Of a stretch of 64,000 nucleotides of DNA, positions 19,180 through 28,051 are shown one piece after another. Position 1 is the first letter of the stretch; each line of letters starts with the position of its first letter. Source of the stretch: Candidatus Colwellbacteria bacterium (GTDB lineage Bacteria; Patescibacteriota; Minisyncoccia; UBA6257; Colwellbacteraceae). A program made the position numbers and the translations under genes. Below the pieces are notes generated by a model. It did not search any database. It was not told the DNA's origin and saw only the letters and a program-made list of their open reading frames with translations. The stretch covers positions 952 through 64,951 of the forward strand of contig JAQTUL010000007.1 in NCBI GenBank assembly GCA_028710275.1, given 5' to 3'.

Positions 19180-20055
19180 GTGGATATAAAAAAGAAGCTT
19201 CCGGCAATAAGAAAGAATATAGAGTCTTTTCTCATAAGTGAGGAAGGGCGCATAAGCAAGAAGAGCGCTCTTGAGCTTGGTATGGGAATAGCCGCGCTTG
19301 GCTTCATGCTTACGCAGTCGATTACATCGGCTCATTATAGTTATTTCGAGAACGTTGCCGGACAAGGGAGACATCAATCGGGAGATGCGGTTCCTCCGCC
19401 ACCGGCGGCAGGAAGCCATACGAGCTATTTTGAAAATACGGCTGGTGGAGGAAGACATTCTTCACATGCTTCACATGCATCCCATGGTTCACACGGTTCT
19501 CATGGGTCTCATTCTTCGCATTCCTCCCATGGTTCACATGGTTCTCATGGTTCGCACAGCTCTCACTCATCTCATGGTTCACACGGTTCTCATGGGTCTC
19601 ATTCTTCGCATTCCTCCCATGGTTCACATGGTTCTCATGGTTCGCACAGCTCTCACTCATCTCATGGTTCACATAGCTCTCATGGTTCTCACTCATCCCA
19701 TGGTTCACATAGCTCTCATGGTTCTCACTCTTCTCACTCTTCACATGGTTCACATGCTTCCCATGGTTCTCATGGTTCACATGCTTCCCATGGTTCTCAT
19801 GGTTCTCACTCTTCTCACTCTTCCCATGGTTCTCATGGTTCGCACAGCTCTCACTCATCTCATGGTTCGCATAGCTCGCACGGTTCGCATGGTTCCCATT
19901 CCTCCCATGGTTCTCATGGCTCCCACTCTTCGCATAGTTCTCATGGCTCCCACTCTTCGCATAGCTCGCATTCTAGCTGTGGTGTCATGATTACAGACAT
20001 GGACTGCTATTCCTGTAATTACGCGGCAGGAGATGTTACAACCGGAGTAGTCTAG
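19180..20055 (+). CDS. hxsA: His-Xaa-Ser repeat protein (HxsA-like putative precursor/substrate)
   Basis: N-terminal hydrophobic segment, two YFEN(V/T)AG.GRH motifs, then about 58 consecutive H-[SGA]-S triplets and a Cys-containing tail (SSCGVMITDMDCYSCNY). Confidence 0.85.
   Translation: MDIKKKLPAIRKNIESFLISEEGRISKKSALELGMGIAALGFMLTQSITSAHYSYFENVAGQGRHQSGDAVPPPPAAGSHTSYFENTAGGGRHSSHASHASHGSHGSHGSHSSHSSHGSHGSHGSHSSHSSHGSHGSHGSHSSHSSHGSHGSHGSHSSHSSHGSHSSHGSHSSHGSHSSHGSHSSHSSHGSHASHGSHGSHASHGSHGSHSSHSSHGSHGSHSSHSSHGSHSSHGSHGSHSSHGSHGSHSSHSSHGSHSSHSSHSSCGVMITDMDCYSCNYAAGDVTTGVV
19456..19977 (+). repeat. coding tandem repeat region of hxsA (9-bp H-x-S units; higher-order 90-bp unit duplicated exactly at 19486..19575 and 19576..19665)
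   Basis: direct reading: the CAT GGT TCN / CAT TCT TCN units are periodic; the 90-nt blocks are identical. Confidence 0.9.
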
Positions 20056-20088
20056 GTAGCATTCTTTCTTTGTGATAGGCTATCGGTA

Positions 20089-21369
20089 ATGCAGTTTACT
20101 GGTCTTGAAATAATGGTGGCAGGAACCTGTCCGCTTAACTGCTCATATTGCTACATACCTAAAACTCCCGGCATGGACAGGATCCACCGGGATGTTCTGG
20201 TTTCACTCGAGGATGAATCGGTTTTTAAAAGGGCTTTTAATCTTGCTGGAGGGGGCATAGAGAACATCGGCTTCTGGGGTACGGAACCGGCAATAGTTAT
20301 GGATGTTCTCACTGATAAGATACCGACAATGAAGAGAATTTTTCCCTTGCTTAGGCATATATCCTTTTCGACTTCCGGTATTGCAGCTGATCCTATAATT
20401 CCTTTCGTGAAGGCGGCTTCCCGATCCGGCATAAACGTAAACATACAGGTGTCCCTAGACGGGCCAGATTTTATTTCGGATGTAAATCGTTTTTCAGGAG
20501 CGGCCGATATAGTTCCCAATAATGTAAAGAAGATTGTTTCAGCCCTTAAGGATATTCAAGCGAAGCTTGTCATAAATTGGAAGCCGACGCTGACACTTCA
20601 GAACATGAAGGAAATGGATGACAGCAAGATAAGGGAATATTTTGATTTTTTTAAAAGAGTAAACACAGAAATAATATCGGCGAACAAAAATCCTAACATA
20701 CGCATAGCCGAACATTCGGCTGCTCCGACTCCGATGCTTCCCGGAAAATATACTGCTCTCGATGGGGTGGCGTTTGCTGAATTCATAAGAAGAGTACACG
20801 CGACCGGGAATAGGACCGCTCATACGATAAAGATGATTGATTTTTTCCGAAGGACGGCGGAATTTAAGAATGATAAAAAAAGGATGATGTGTGGGGCTGG
20901 CAACTCTTTTATGGCCGTTGGAGGCAGGGGGTTTATATGTCATAGGAGCTTTTTCTTCGACGACGACGATTATGTTGATGCGGCGATAGCGGGAACGGAC
21001 GAATGGTTGGTGGCGAAGCTTAACAGAAAAACGGTCGAGATGCTTCGTAAATGGTATATGCCGGACCCTGATGACAAGGGAGATATAGAGAGATATCTCC
21101 ATGTGATGGAAGGTTTTCATAGGTTCAATAAGTTGGCTGTTTCAAATATAGAGGCAGCGACTTTGGAATTGGCTATGGTCGGCCAGGTAGACCGTGAATT
21201 TCTAGATGATCCCGTATATCTAAGACTCTTTGCGTTGTTTATGAGTACCGCCTCTAATTGTCCTTTCGAAAACATTCTCAATACCTCCTCTGCTAACGTT
21301 ATGCCTTTCTCAATGATAAGGTTCCACGGAAACGGGGCGTTCCGGGAGGTGATAAAAACCATAAGATGA
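20089..21369 (+). CDS. radical SAM enzyme (Hxs-system maturase candidate, HxsB/HxsC-like)
   Basis: N-terminal CPLNCSYCY cluster motif, GFWGTEP (GGE-like), C-terminal Cys/Gly-rich region (MMCGAGNSFMAVGGRGFICH). Confidence 0.8.
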   Translation: MQFTGLEIMVAGTCPLNCSYCYIPKTPGMDRIHRDVLVSLEDESVFKRAFNLAGGGIENIGFWGTEPAIVMDVLTDKIPTMKRIFPLLRHISFSTSGIAADPIIPFVKAASRSGINVNIQVSLDGPDFISDVNRFSGAADIVPNNVKKIVSALKDIQAKLVINWKPTLTLQNMKEMDDSKIREYFDFFKRVNTEIISANKNPNIRIAEHSAAPTPMLPGKYTALDGVAFAEFIRRVHATGNRTAHTIKMIDFFRRTAEFKNDKKRMMCGAGNSFMAVGGRGFICHRSFFFDDDDYVDAAIAGTDEWLVAKLNRKTVEMLRKWYMPDPDDKGDIERYLHVMEGFHRFNKLAVSNIEAATLELAMVGQVDREFLDDPVYLRLFALFMSTASNCPFENILNTSSANVMPFSMIRFHGNGAFREVIKTIR

Positions 21370-22706
21370 CGGAAGAATTTAAAAAAGAGAATGATGCGGT
21401 CGCTGAATCCTTTATAAAGAGATATTTTATCGATCCCTGGAAAAGCGATGACAGGAAGGTGTGGGAGCACTCACGGAACTTTGAAGTCTTTTTTGGGACA
21501 AAGTGTCCTTTTGGCTGCAAATACTGTTACCTGAACAGAAAAGGGGATGATTTGTATCCGACCGATATCCAGAGAGACGATGTTCTTATAGCTAATATGG
21601 CTAAGGTGCTCGAGTGGATGAAGCGAGAGAATATGGCACCAAAAGGATTTTTATTCTTTTCCGGAGAACCCTTCGTCCAAGAGGCATGCATGAAGGCAAT
21701 AGATATGACGCTCGATGCCTTTGCTGAAAGTGAAAAAAAGCCGGAGCAGATAACGGTTCCGACCGGTTTTGGATTCATGTTCTACCCAGAAATGGTCGAG
21801 CGCGTCGAGAAACTGATGGAAAAATCCAGGCGTGTTGGGATACCAATACATCTAAGCGCCTCGATAGACGGTAAGCATTGCGAGCCAAACCGACCCTTCA
21901 AGGATCAGACGATTAAGCGGGATGATGAATTTTACGACAAGGCCTTCAGCTTTATGGCTAAGTGGAAGATCGGAGCCCATCCGATGATCTATTCGGACCT
22001 TATTGAGAATTGGAAGGATAATTGGAAATGGTTCCAAGAAAAATTCTTAAAACACGGGATACCTTTCTATAAGATATATCTTTTAGAGGTAAGAAACGCC
22101 GAATGGTCACCGGATCAGATTGGCCGATTCTCGGAGTTCATTGATTTTCTCATTGAATGGACATATGAAAAGGTTTTCAATAAGAACGCTGATCATACTT
22201 TGGATTTCATATTCAACCACGGCTTCAATCTTTTAAGAAACTCATTTCTAGAGGGTGATGGAAGAGGGATGAAATGCGCCCTCCAAGATTATATGTTCCT
22301 AAGGCTGGGAGACCTTGCCTGGGTACCTTGTCATCGAACCTCTTATGACCAATTCATCTTTGGGCGTTTCATCGAGAAAAACGGGAAAATAGACGGTTTT
22401 AGCTCCGATAATTCCGATCTTATTCCGGCCATCTATTCCATGAAGGGGGAGGATATGCCTTATTGCGAGAACTGTGCCATAAGAGACCTGTGTGTCCAAG
22501 GGTGTCTCGGAAGCCAATATGAGGCGACGGGAGACCTTTTTTCGCCTATACCGACCGTCTGTGAGTTGGAACACGTAAAAGTATTTACGATAATAAAAAC
22601 TCTCAAGAGGCTGGGTCTTATTGATAAGGCGACGGCATATATCCCTGAAAATAGAAGAAAAGCGTTTAAGAGGGTCTCTGATATGGTTCTGAATACGGTA
22701 AACTGA
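21366..22706 (+). CDS. radical SAM/SPASM enzyme (Hxs-system maturase candidate), translationally coupled to the preceding rSAM
   Basis: CPFGCKYCY cluster motif, FFSGEPF, canonical SPASM CX2CX5CX3C (CENCAIRDLCVQGC); 4-nt start/stop overlap. Confidence 0.8.
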   Translation: MTEEFKKENDAVAESFIKRYFIDPWKSDDRKVWEHSRNFEVFFGTKCPFGCKYCYLNRKGDDLYPTDIQRDDVLIANMAKVLEWMKRENMAPKGFLFFSGEPFVQEACMKAIDMTLDAFAESEKKPEQITVPTGFGFMFYPEMVERVEKLMEKSRRVGIPIHLSASIDGKHCEPNRPFKDQTIKRDDEFYDKAFSFMAKWKIGAHPMIYSDLIENWKDNWKWFQEKFLKHGIPFYKIYLLEVRNAEWSPDQIGRFSEFIDFLIEWTYEKVFNKNADHTLDFIFNHGFNLLRNSFLEGDGRGMKCALQDYMFLRLGDLAWVPCHRTSYDQFIFGRFIEKNGKIDGFSSDNSDLIPAIYSMKGEDMPYCENCAIRDLCVQGCLGSQYEATGDLFSPIPTVCELEHVKVFTIIKTLKRLGLIDKATAYIPENRRKAFKRVSDMVLNTVN

Positions 22707-22722
22707 TAGAATTGCCTTTGAT

Positions 22723-23253
22723 ATGGAGACAAAACCGGATATCCGAAAGATAAGGGTGGGCCTACAAAAAGTTAGGGACATATATGCCCTTAGGCGGGGT
22801 TTTACTGATATCCTCGAAGAAAAGATAAGCTCGGAACTCGATAAGGCACTCGGTACTGTTTCCGGACAGCTCGAAGCTTCATTCATTGACGAAGAAGTGA
22901 AGTCCGAGCCAATCGATGCTCCATGGCTAATAAAATTGACCAAGGCGATTGCCGACGCCTCTATTTATAGACAAATTGATGATCAGTTTGCTGATTTTGT
23001 ATCCGAATACTCCATGGTTGTGTCCGCCTGGAACGACCGAGTGGTTCGATCAAGTGAATTAACGAGAGAGCTTGCGGTTGCGGAATCCCTTGCAGTTAGT
23101 CGCCCGGCGATGATCCAAGCAGCAAAGGCACTAAGGGCTCTTTCTGAGAAGCTTATACAGCTTAACTTTATCGAAACCCCAGCTCTTAATATGAGTAAGT
23201 TCTATCTTGATTCGCTTCGGAAAAACTTGGAGAAGAAAGAAGAAAAAGAATAA
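22723..23253 (+). CDS. hypothetical alpha-helical protein between the Hxs-type module and the rSAM paralog array
   Basis: 176-aa ORF on the same strand, tightly packed; no recognisable family. Confidence 0.45.
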   Translation: METKPDIRKIRVGLQKVRDIYALRRGFTDILEEKISSELDKALGTVSGQLEASFIDEEVKSEPIDAPWLIKLTKAIADASIYRQIDDQFADFVSEYSMVVSAWNDRVVRSSELTRELAVAESLAVSRPAMIQAAKALRALSEKLIQLNFIETPALNMSKFYLDSLRKNLEKKEEKE

Positions 23254-23255
23254 AA

Positions 23256-24176
23256 ATGGAGAGAGTTGATATCAAGGTTGGATTCCAATGCAACAATCAT
23301 TGCATCTTCTGTATACAAGGCAACAAGAGGGAATACTGTAAGGACCGGACAGAAGATGAGATAAAGAAAATATTGGAACAGGGTCGGTCCGAAGGAAAGG
23401 AGGCGGTCGTTTTCACGGGCGGCGAGCCAACTTTTCGTCCGAAGCTTCTTCTTAATTGCGTCTCGTATGCAAGGGATATTGGTTATAGGGTCATACAGAT
23501 ACAATCTAATGGGAGGATGTTCGCATATCGGGCATATTGCGAGGAGATAGTCCGGGCGGGAGCTAATGAATTCTCTCCTGCGGTACATGGGTCGGTCGCC
23601 TCTATACATGACCGTCTCACAAACGCGCCCGGAAGTTTTGATCAGGTTACTGCTGGTATTCGAAATCTGAGAGAACTGAGACAATATATTCTTACCAATT
23701 CGGTGGTAACGAAAATAAATATGGAAGATATACCAAATCTAGCGAAGCTGTTGGTCGAGCTTAGGGTAGACCAGTTCCAGTTCGCTTTTATACATATAAA
23801 TCCGATTATTGCAGAAGACCAGAAGCTCATTGAAGAAGTGGTTCCCTCGATGGCCAAGGCCATGCCTTATGTGAAGGCTGGTCTCGATATAGGCCGGAAG
23901 TCGGGAGTTAAGTGCATGACTGAAGCAATTCCCTATTGCATGATGAGAGAGTACGAAGACCTTATCGCCGAGAGGATAATACCAGAAGCTCATGTCTTCG
24001 ATGCTGAGGAGGATATAGAGAAATACAGCGAGTACAGACAGAACGAAGGAAAATCAAAGGGGCCAAGGTGCGTTTCGGAGTGCATTAAGAACGACGTATG
24101 CGAGGGCCCATGGAGGGAATATCCGCAGCTTTTCGGCTGGGAAGAGTTTAAGCCGATAACCGAAGAAAAGATATGA
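23256..24176 (+). CDS. radical SAM enzyme, array paralog 1 (twitch/SPASM-like, MoaA/PqqE-type core)
   Basis: CNNHCIFC cluster motif, FTGGEPT, QSNGR, GSFDQ..GI.NL, C-terminal CVSECIKNDVCEGPW. Confidence 0.8.
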   Translation: MERVDIKVGFQCNNHCIFCIQGNKREYCKDRTEDEIKKILEQGRSEGKEAVVFTGGEPTFRPKLLLNCVSYARDIGYRVIQIQSNGRMFAYRAYCEEIVRAGANEFSPAVHGSVASIHDRLTNAPGSFDQVTAGIRNLRELRQYILTNSVVTKINMEDIPNLAKLLVELRVDQFQFAFIHINPIIAEDQKLIEEVVPSMAKAMPYVKAGLDIGRKSGVKCMTEAIPYCMMREYEDLIAERIIPEAHVFDAEEDIEKYSEYRQNEGKSKGPRCVSECIKNDVCEGPWREYPQLFGWEEFKPITEEKI

Positions 24177-25102
24177 AAAAGCAAGGAGTAATACTGCTAA
24201 GGTGGGCTAATAAATGTAATAACAACTGCGCGATGTGCAGTCTTCATTCAGGAGATAGTGAAGAGGAGGTTATGTCCATCGAAGAAGCGCTCGATTTCAC
24301 GAGAAAAAACGCGGCATCATATCAAAATATCGAGTTCACTGGAGGCGAGCCGACGATAAAGGAGGGTCTCGTCGATCTTGTCGCGGCAGCCAGAGAATCG
24401 GGATATGAGAGAATAGCTATAAGTACTAACGGCAGAAGGCTTTCTGATGAAAATTTTTGCCGTAAACTAATTGATAACGGTCTGAATGCTGTGACCTTCG
24501 CCCTCCATGGGCATGATGTGGAAACTCATGAAAAGAGGATGAGTAGATCGGATGGAGCTTTTAATGAGGCGATACGAGGTCTCAAAAACCTGATTACAGA
24601 ACATTCAGTGTCATTAAACGTCGCATCTGTTCTTGCAAGACATAACCACGAAACCTTCTCGGAGATTGGCAAGATGCTTATAGAGATGGGCGTTAAGCAA
24701 TGGAGTATATCGGACTTAATCCCGGACGGGAGGGCGCAGGATATATATGATTCACTAAGCCTCAGTCCTTCGGAGGCGGAAAAGGCAATAAGCGGCATTC
24801 TGCCTATGGCTGGTCAGATTGGGCTTGTTATATTTAATTTTTCAAGATGTTTTTTCCCGAGGGACCTTGATGACAGGATACTTTTCTTCGATACCAGAGA
24901 TAAAGCTGATCTTTGTAATATAGAGAGAAAGGAAGGCCGCTATGAGAAGGAGGGCGAAGTCTATCACGATTTTCATAAGACATATCTCGGGATATGCGAA
25001 AAATGTCCGGCATATGAGACATGCGGAGGAGTATGGAGAAGAAATATGGAGCTGTACGGAGAGGGGATAATGACCGAAGTAGCTAGAAGAAACGGTTTTT
25101 GA
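24173..25102 (+). CDS. radical SAM enzyme, array paralog 2
   Basis: CNNNCAMC, FTGGEPT, STNGRR, C-terminal CEKCPAYETCGGVW; ATGA overlap with paralog 1. Confidence 0.8.
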   Translation: MKKQGVILLRWANKCNNNCAMCSLHSGDSEEEVMSIEEALDFTRKNAASYQNIEFTGGEPTIKEGLVDLVAAARESGYERIAISTNGRRLSDENFCRKLIDNGLNAVTFALHGHDVETHEKRMSRSDGAFNEAIRGLKNLITEHSVSLNVASVLARHNHETFSEIGKMLIEMGVKQWSISDLIPDGRAQDIYDSLSLSPSEAEKAISGILPMAGQIGLVIFNFSRCFFPRDLDDRILFFDTRDKADLCNIERKEGRYEKEGEVYHDFHKTYLGICEKCPAYETCGGVWRRNMELYGEGIMTEVARRNGF

Positions 25103-25133
25103 TGCCGAGCTCTCCAAAAATAAAAAAAGACAT

Positions 25134-26075
25134 ATGAAAAAACCAGGAATGATATTCGTCAGATGGGCCAACAGATGCAATAACAATTGTGAGATGTGCA
25201 GTCTTCATTCTGACGACAGCAGAGATGAATCGATGTCGTTCGAAGAGGCGGCGGAGTTTACGATAAAAAACATCGATGAATATTCTAATATCGAGTTTAC
25301 GGGAGGCGAACCGACGATAAAGGAGGGCCTTTTAGAGCTTGTCGCTCTGGCGAAGAAGACGGGATACGATAAGATATGTATCAGTACTAACGGCAGAAGG
25401 CTTTCCGATGAAAATTTTTGCCACGCTCTCGCGGAGAACGGCTTGAACGTTGTGACATTTGCTCTTCATGGGCATAATGCTGAGACCCATGAGAGAATGA
25501 GCCGCGTTATCGGTTCTTTTGAAGAGTCGATGGAGGGAATAAAGAATGTTCTTAATGAACCAACGATGGCGCTTGCGATAACATCCGTCTTATCAAGACA
25601 TAACCACGAAACCTTCTCGGAGATTGGCAAGATGCTTATAGAGATGGGCGTTAAGCAATGGAGTATATCGGACTTAATCCCGGACGGGAGGGCGCAGGAT
25701 ATATATGATTCACTAAGCCTCAGTCCTTCGGAAATGGGGAAATCCCTAGCTGAGGCGATCCCTCTTTTTCCCGGTTTCTATCAGGTTGGGATATTTAATT
25801 TTTCAAGATGCTTTTTCCCAGAAGAACTCTATAGGAACGTTGCATTCTTTGATACGAAAGCAAAAGCTGATCTGTGGGATATAGAAGGTAAGGAGGGCCG
25901 CTATGAGAAGGAGGGCGAAGTTTATCACGATTTTCATAAGACATATCTCGGAATATGCGAAAAATGTCCGGCATATGAGACATGCGGAGGAGTATGGAAG
26001 AGAAGTCTGGAACTATATGGGCCTTCAGAAATGGAAAAAATAGCGAGGGTAAACGGTTTTGTGGAGACGGTGTAA
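25134..26075 (+). CDS. radical SAM enzyme, array paralog 3 (recent duplicate of paralog 2)
   Basis: CNNNCEMC, FTGGEPT, STNGRR; C-terminal half nearly identical to paralog 2, including 100%-identical nucleotide patches. Confidence 0.8.
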   Translation: MKKPGMIFVRWANRCNNNCEMCSLHSDDSRDESMSFEEAAEFTIKNIDEYSNIEFTGGEPTIKEGLLELVALAKKTGYDKICISTNGRRLSDENFCHALAENGLNVVTFALHGHNAETHERMSRVIGSFEESMEGIKNVLNEPTMALAITSVLSRHNHETFSEIGKMLIEMGVKQWSISDLIPDGRAQDIYDSLSLSPSEMGKSLAEAIPLFPGFYQVGIFNFSRCFFPEELYRNVAFFDTKAKADLWDIEGKEGRYEKEGEVYHDFHKTYLGICEKCPAYETCGGVWKRSLELYGPSEMEKIARVNGFVETV

Positions 26076-26096
26076 TATAGGATATAAATAAGACCA

Positions 26097-27074
26097 ATGG
26101 AAAAGACAGTATTCATACAATTGAACTCAACGTGCAATCAGCACTGTCTTTTTTGTAATAGGCCGCCGCAATCGGAAAGGAGCCCGGAATATCTAACCTT
26201 CGAACAAGTAATAAAAAAGATAGATGAGTGCGCTGATGATCCGGAGATAATAAGAGTGTGTCTCACCGGAGGGGAGCCGACCTTATATCCGCGTCTTGTT
26301 GAGGCGGTTACCCGTTGTCACGAGAGAGGCAAGCATGTGGAGATACAGACGAACGGGGTTGCCCTAACAAAGGAAAGAATAAAGGAATTGAAAGACGCAG
26401 GCATAGATATAATAAACTTTGCGTTCCATAGTCATAAGAAGGAAATAAGCAACAGGCTGAGAGGTGTCGATTTCGGTTTTGAGAACATAACCGAATCGAT
26501 AAAGGAGGCTAACCGTCTCGGAATAGTGATTCATATAGTGCATGTCATAACGAAGCTGAACTATAAGGATCTACCGGAGTTTATAGACACTTTTTCAGAT
26601 ATGGGACTTGATCTGCCAAAGATGTTCCTTAATCTTTCAATAGTCGTTCCGGATGGATGGGCCTGGGAGAATAAGGATGTGATCGTCCCAAGGATGTCTG
26701 ATATAAAGCCTTATCTAATCGAAGCCTGCCATAAATGCAAAGAATATGGGATAACCTTCGATATTTCGGAGGTGGTTCCGCTGTGCATAGTGGATGGGTA
26801 TGAGGATATGGCGATATCGACGGTCTTCAAGATAAACAACGCTGTTATAGTCGATGATTACCATACAGGTAAAAAATCCCTCGAGTTTGCCGCTGCTGAC
26901 GAGAGCTGGGCTATGAAGGCTCCCCAATGCGTAAAATGTTCCATGAACGAAATATGTGTCGGATTCTACCCTCATCTTTCTGAGATGTACGGCTTCGAAG
27001 ATTATGTTCCGAGAACGGATGATCCGGCCGAGATAATAAGCCGATTTAAGGGACCAGAAGATGACAGGCAATAA
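26097..27074 (+). CDS. radical SAM enzyme, array paralog 4
   Basis: CNQHCLFC, LTGGEPT, QTNG, C-terminal CVKCSMNEICVGFY. Confidence 0.8.
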   Translation: MEKTVFIQLNSTCNQHCLFCNRPPQSERSPEYLTFEQVIKKIDECADDPEIIRVCLTGGEPTLYPRLVEAVTRCHERGKHVEIQTNGVALTKERIKELKDAGIDIINFAFHSHKKEISNRLRGVDFGFENITESIKEANRLGIVIHIVHVITKLNYKDLPEFIDTFSDMGLDLPKMFLNLSIVVPDGWAWENKDVIVPRMSDIKPYLIEACHKCKEYGITFDISEVVPLCIVDGYEDMAISTVFKINNAVIVDDYHTGKKSLEFAAADESWAMKAPQCVKCSMNEICVGFYPHLSEMYGFEDYVPRTDDPAEIISRFKGPEDDRQ

Positions 27075-28035
27075 TAGAGACAATCAAGGTTTTCCAGAGA
27101 GGATCTGCGTCGTGATGACAGGCTTTTCGTGCAACAACAACTGCATCGTCTGCAGCGTTAGGCCTTACGGACGAAATAATCAGGATAGAGAAACGGCTGA
27201 CATAATAAGATCGATGGAGGAGGGAAGAAATAATGGTATTCCGGGAGTCGAGTTCACCGGAGGCGAACCGACCATGAGAAGAGATATTCTTGCCCTTATA
27301 TCGAAAGCGAAGGAGCTTGGCTATAAGGAAATAGCTTTAAGTACCAATGCAAGAGCATTCGGATACGAGAAGTTCGCGGATGCCGCGATAGAGAGCGGAC
27401 TTAATAGGGTTACGTCCACTATCGACGGTCACAGCGCAGTAGCTCATGATGCGCTGACGAGGACGCCTGGATCATTTGATCAGACGATACAAGGCATAAA
27501 GAATCTCGTTGCCCGCGGGATGAGAATCAGCGTCAATACGGTATTCTGTAAGATGACCGCGCCGAACCTATCTGACATAGGCCGGACCATAACCGATCTC
27601 GGAGTACCCGTGTGGGGAATATTAGACCTGATTCCGGACGGTAATATAGCGGAGATATATCCCGATTTCGTAGTCACTCTTAATGATACATACACCGCTC
27701 TTGATTCCATATATGATATAGCGAGGGAAATAGACCACGTTAATCTCTTTGATTTTCCTATTTGCGCCATACCGGAAAGACTTCGGATATCAAAGCATGC
27801 GGCGGTTTTTGATGCCTTTTCGCGTTCTGATCTTCTGAAGCAGACGGGTTATGACCCTCAGAGGTTCACTGAGGTGGAAGGAAATTACAGCGATATATAT
27901 AAGACGAGACTTAATGGATGCTTATCCTGCCTTAAGAAAGAGGATTGCGCCGGGATATGGAACAGATATATTGACGTTTATGGTAAGGAGGGCGCGGAAG
28001 ATTTCATCACGGACCATAAGGTAGGGAAACAATAA
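27061..28035 (+). CDS. radical SAM enzyme, array paralog 5
   Basis: CNNNCIVC, FTGGEPT, STNAR, TPGSFDQTIQGIKNL, C-terminal CLSCLKKEDCAGIW; 14-nt overlap with paralog 4. Confidence 0.8.
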   Translation: MTGNNRDNQGFPERICVVMTGFSCNNNCIVCSVRPYGRNNQDRETADIIRSMEEGRNNGIPGVEFTGGEPTMRRDILALISKAKELGYKEIALSTNARAFGYEKFADAAIESGLNRVTSTIDGHSAVAHDALTRTPGSFDQTIQGIKNLVARGMRISVNTVFCKMTAPNLSDIGRTITDLGVPVWGILDLIPDGNIAEIYPDFVVTLNDTYTALDSIYDIAREIDHVNLFDFPICAIPERLRISKHAAVFDAFSRSDLLKQTGYDPQRFTEVEGNYSDIYKTRLNGCLSCLKKEDCAGIWNRYIDVYGKEGAEDFITDHKVGKQ

Positions 28036-28051
28036 GGTTGCTGAATCTTAA

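Noticed and set aside
19298-19990. Alternative-frame ORFs overlapping hxsA (230 aa on the plus strand, 178 aa on the minus strand)
   Set aside because: They are by-products of the 9-bp periodic repeat (the other frames read MVHMVLM... or NHENHGK...), and the H-x-S frame has the proper start, RBS context and cluster logic.
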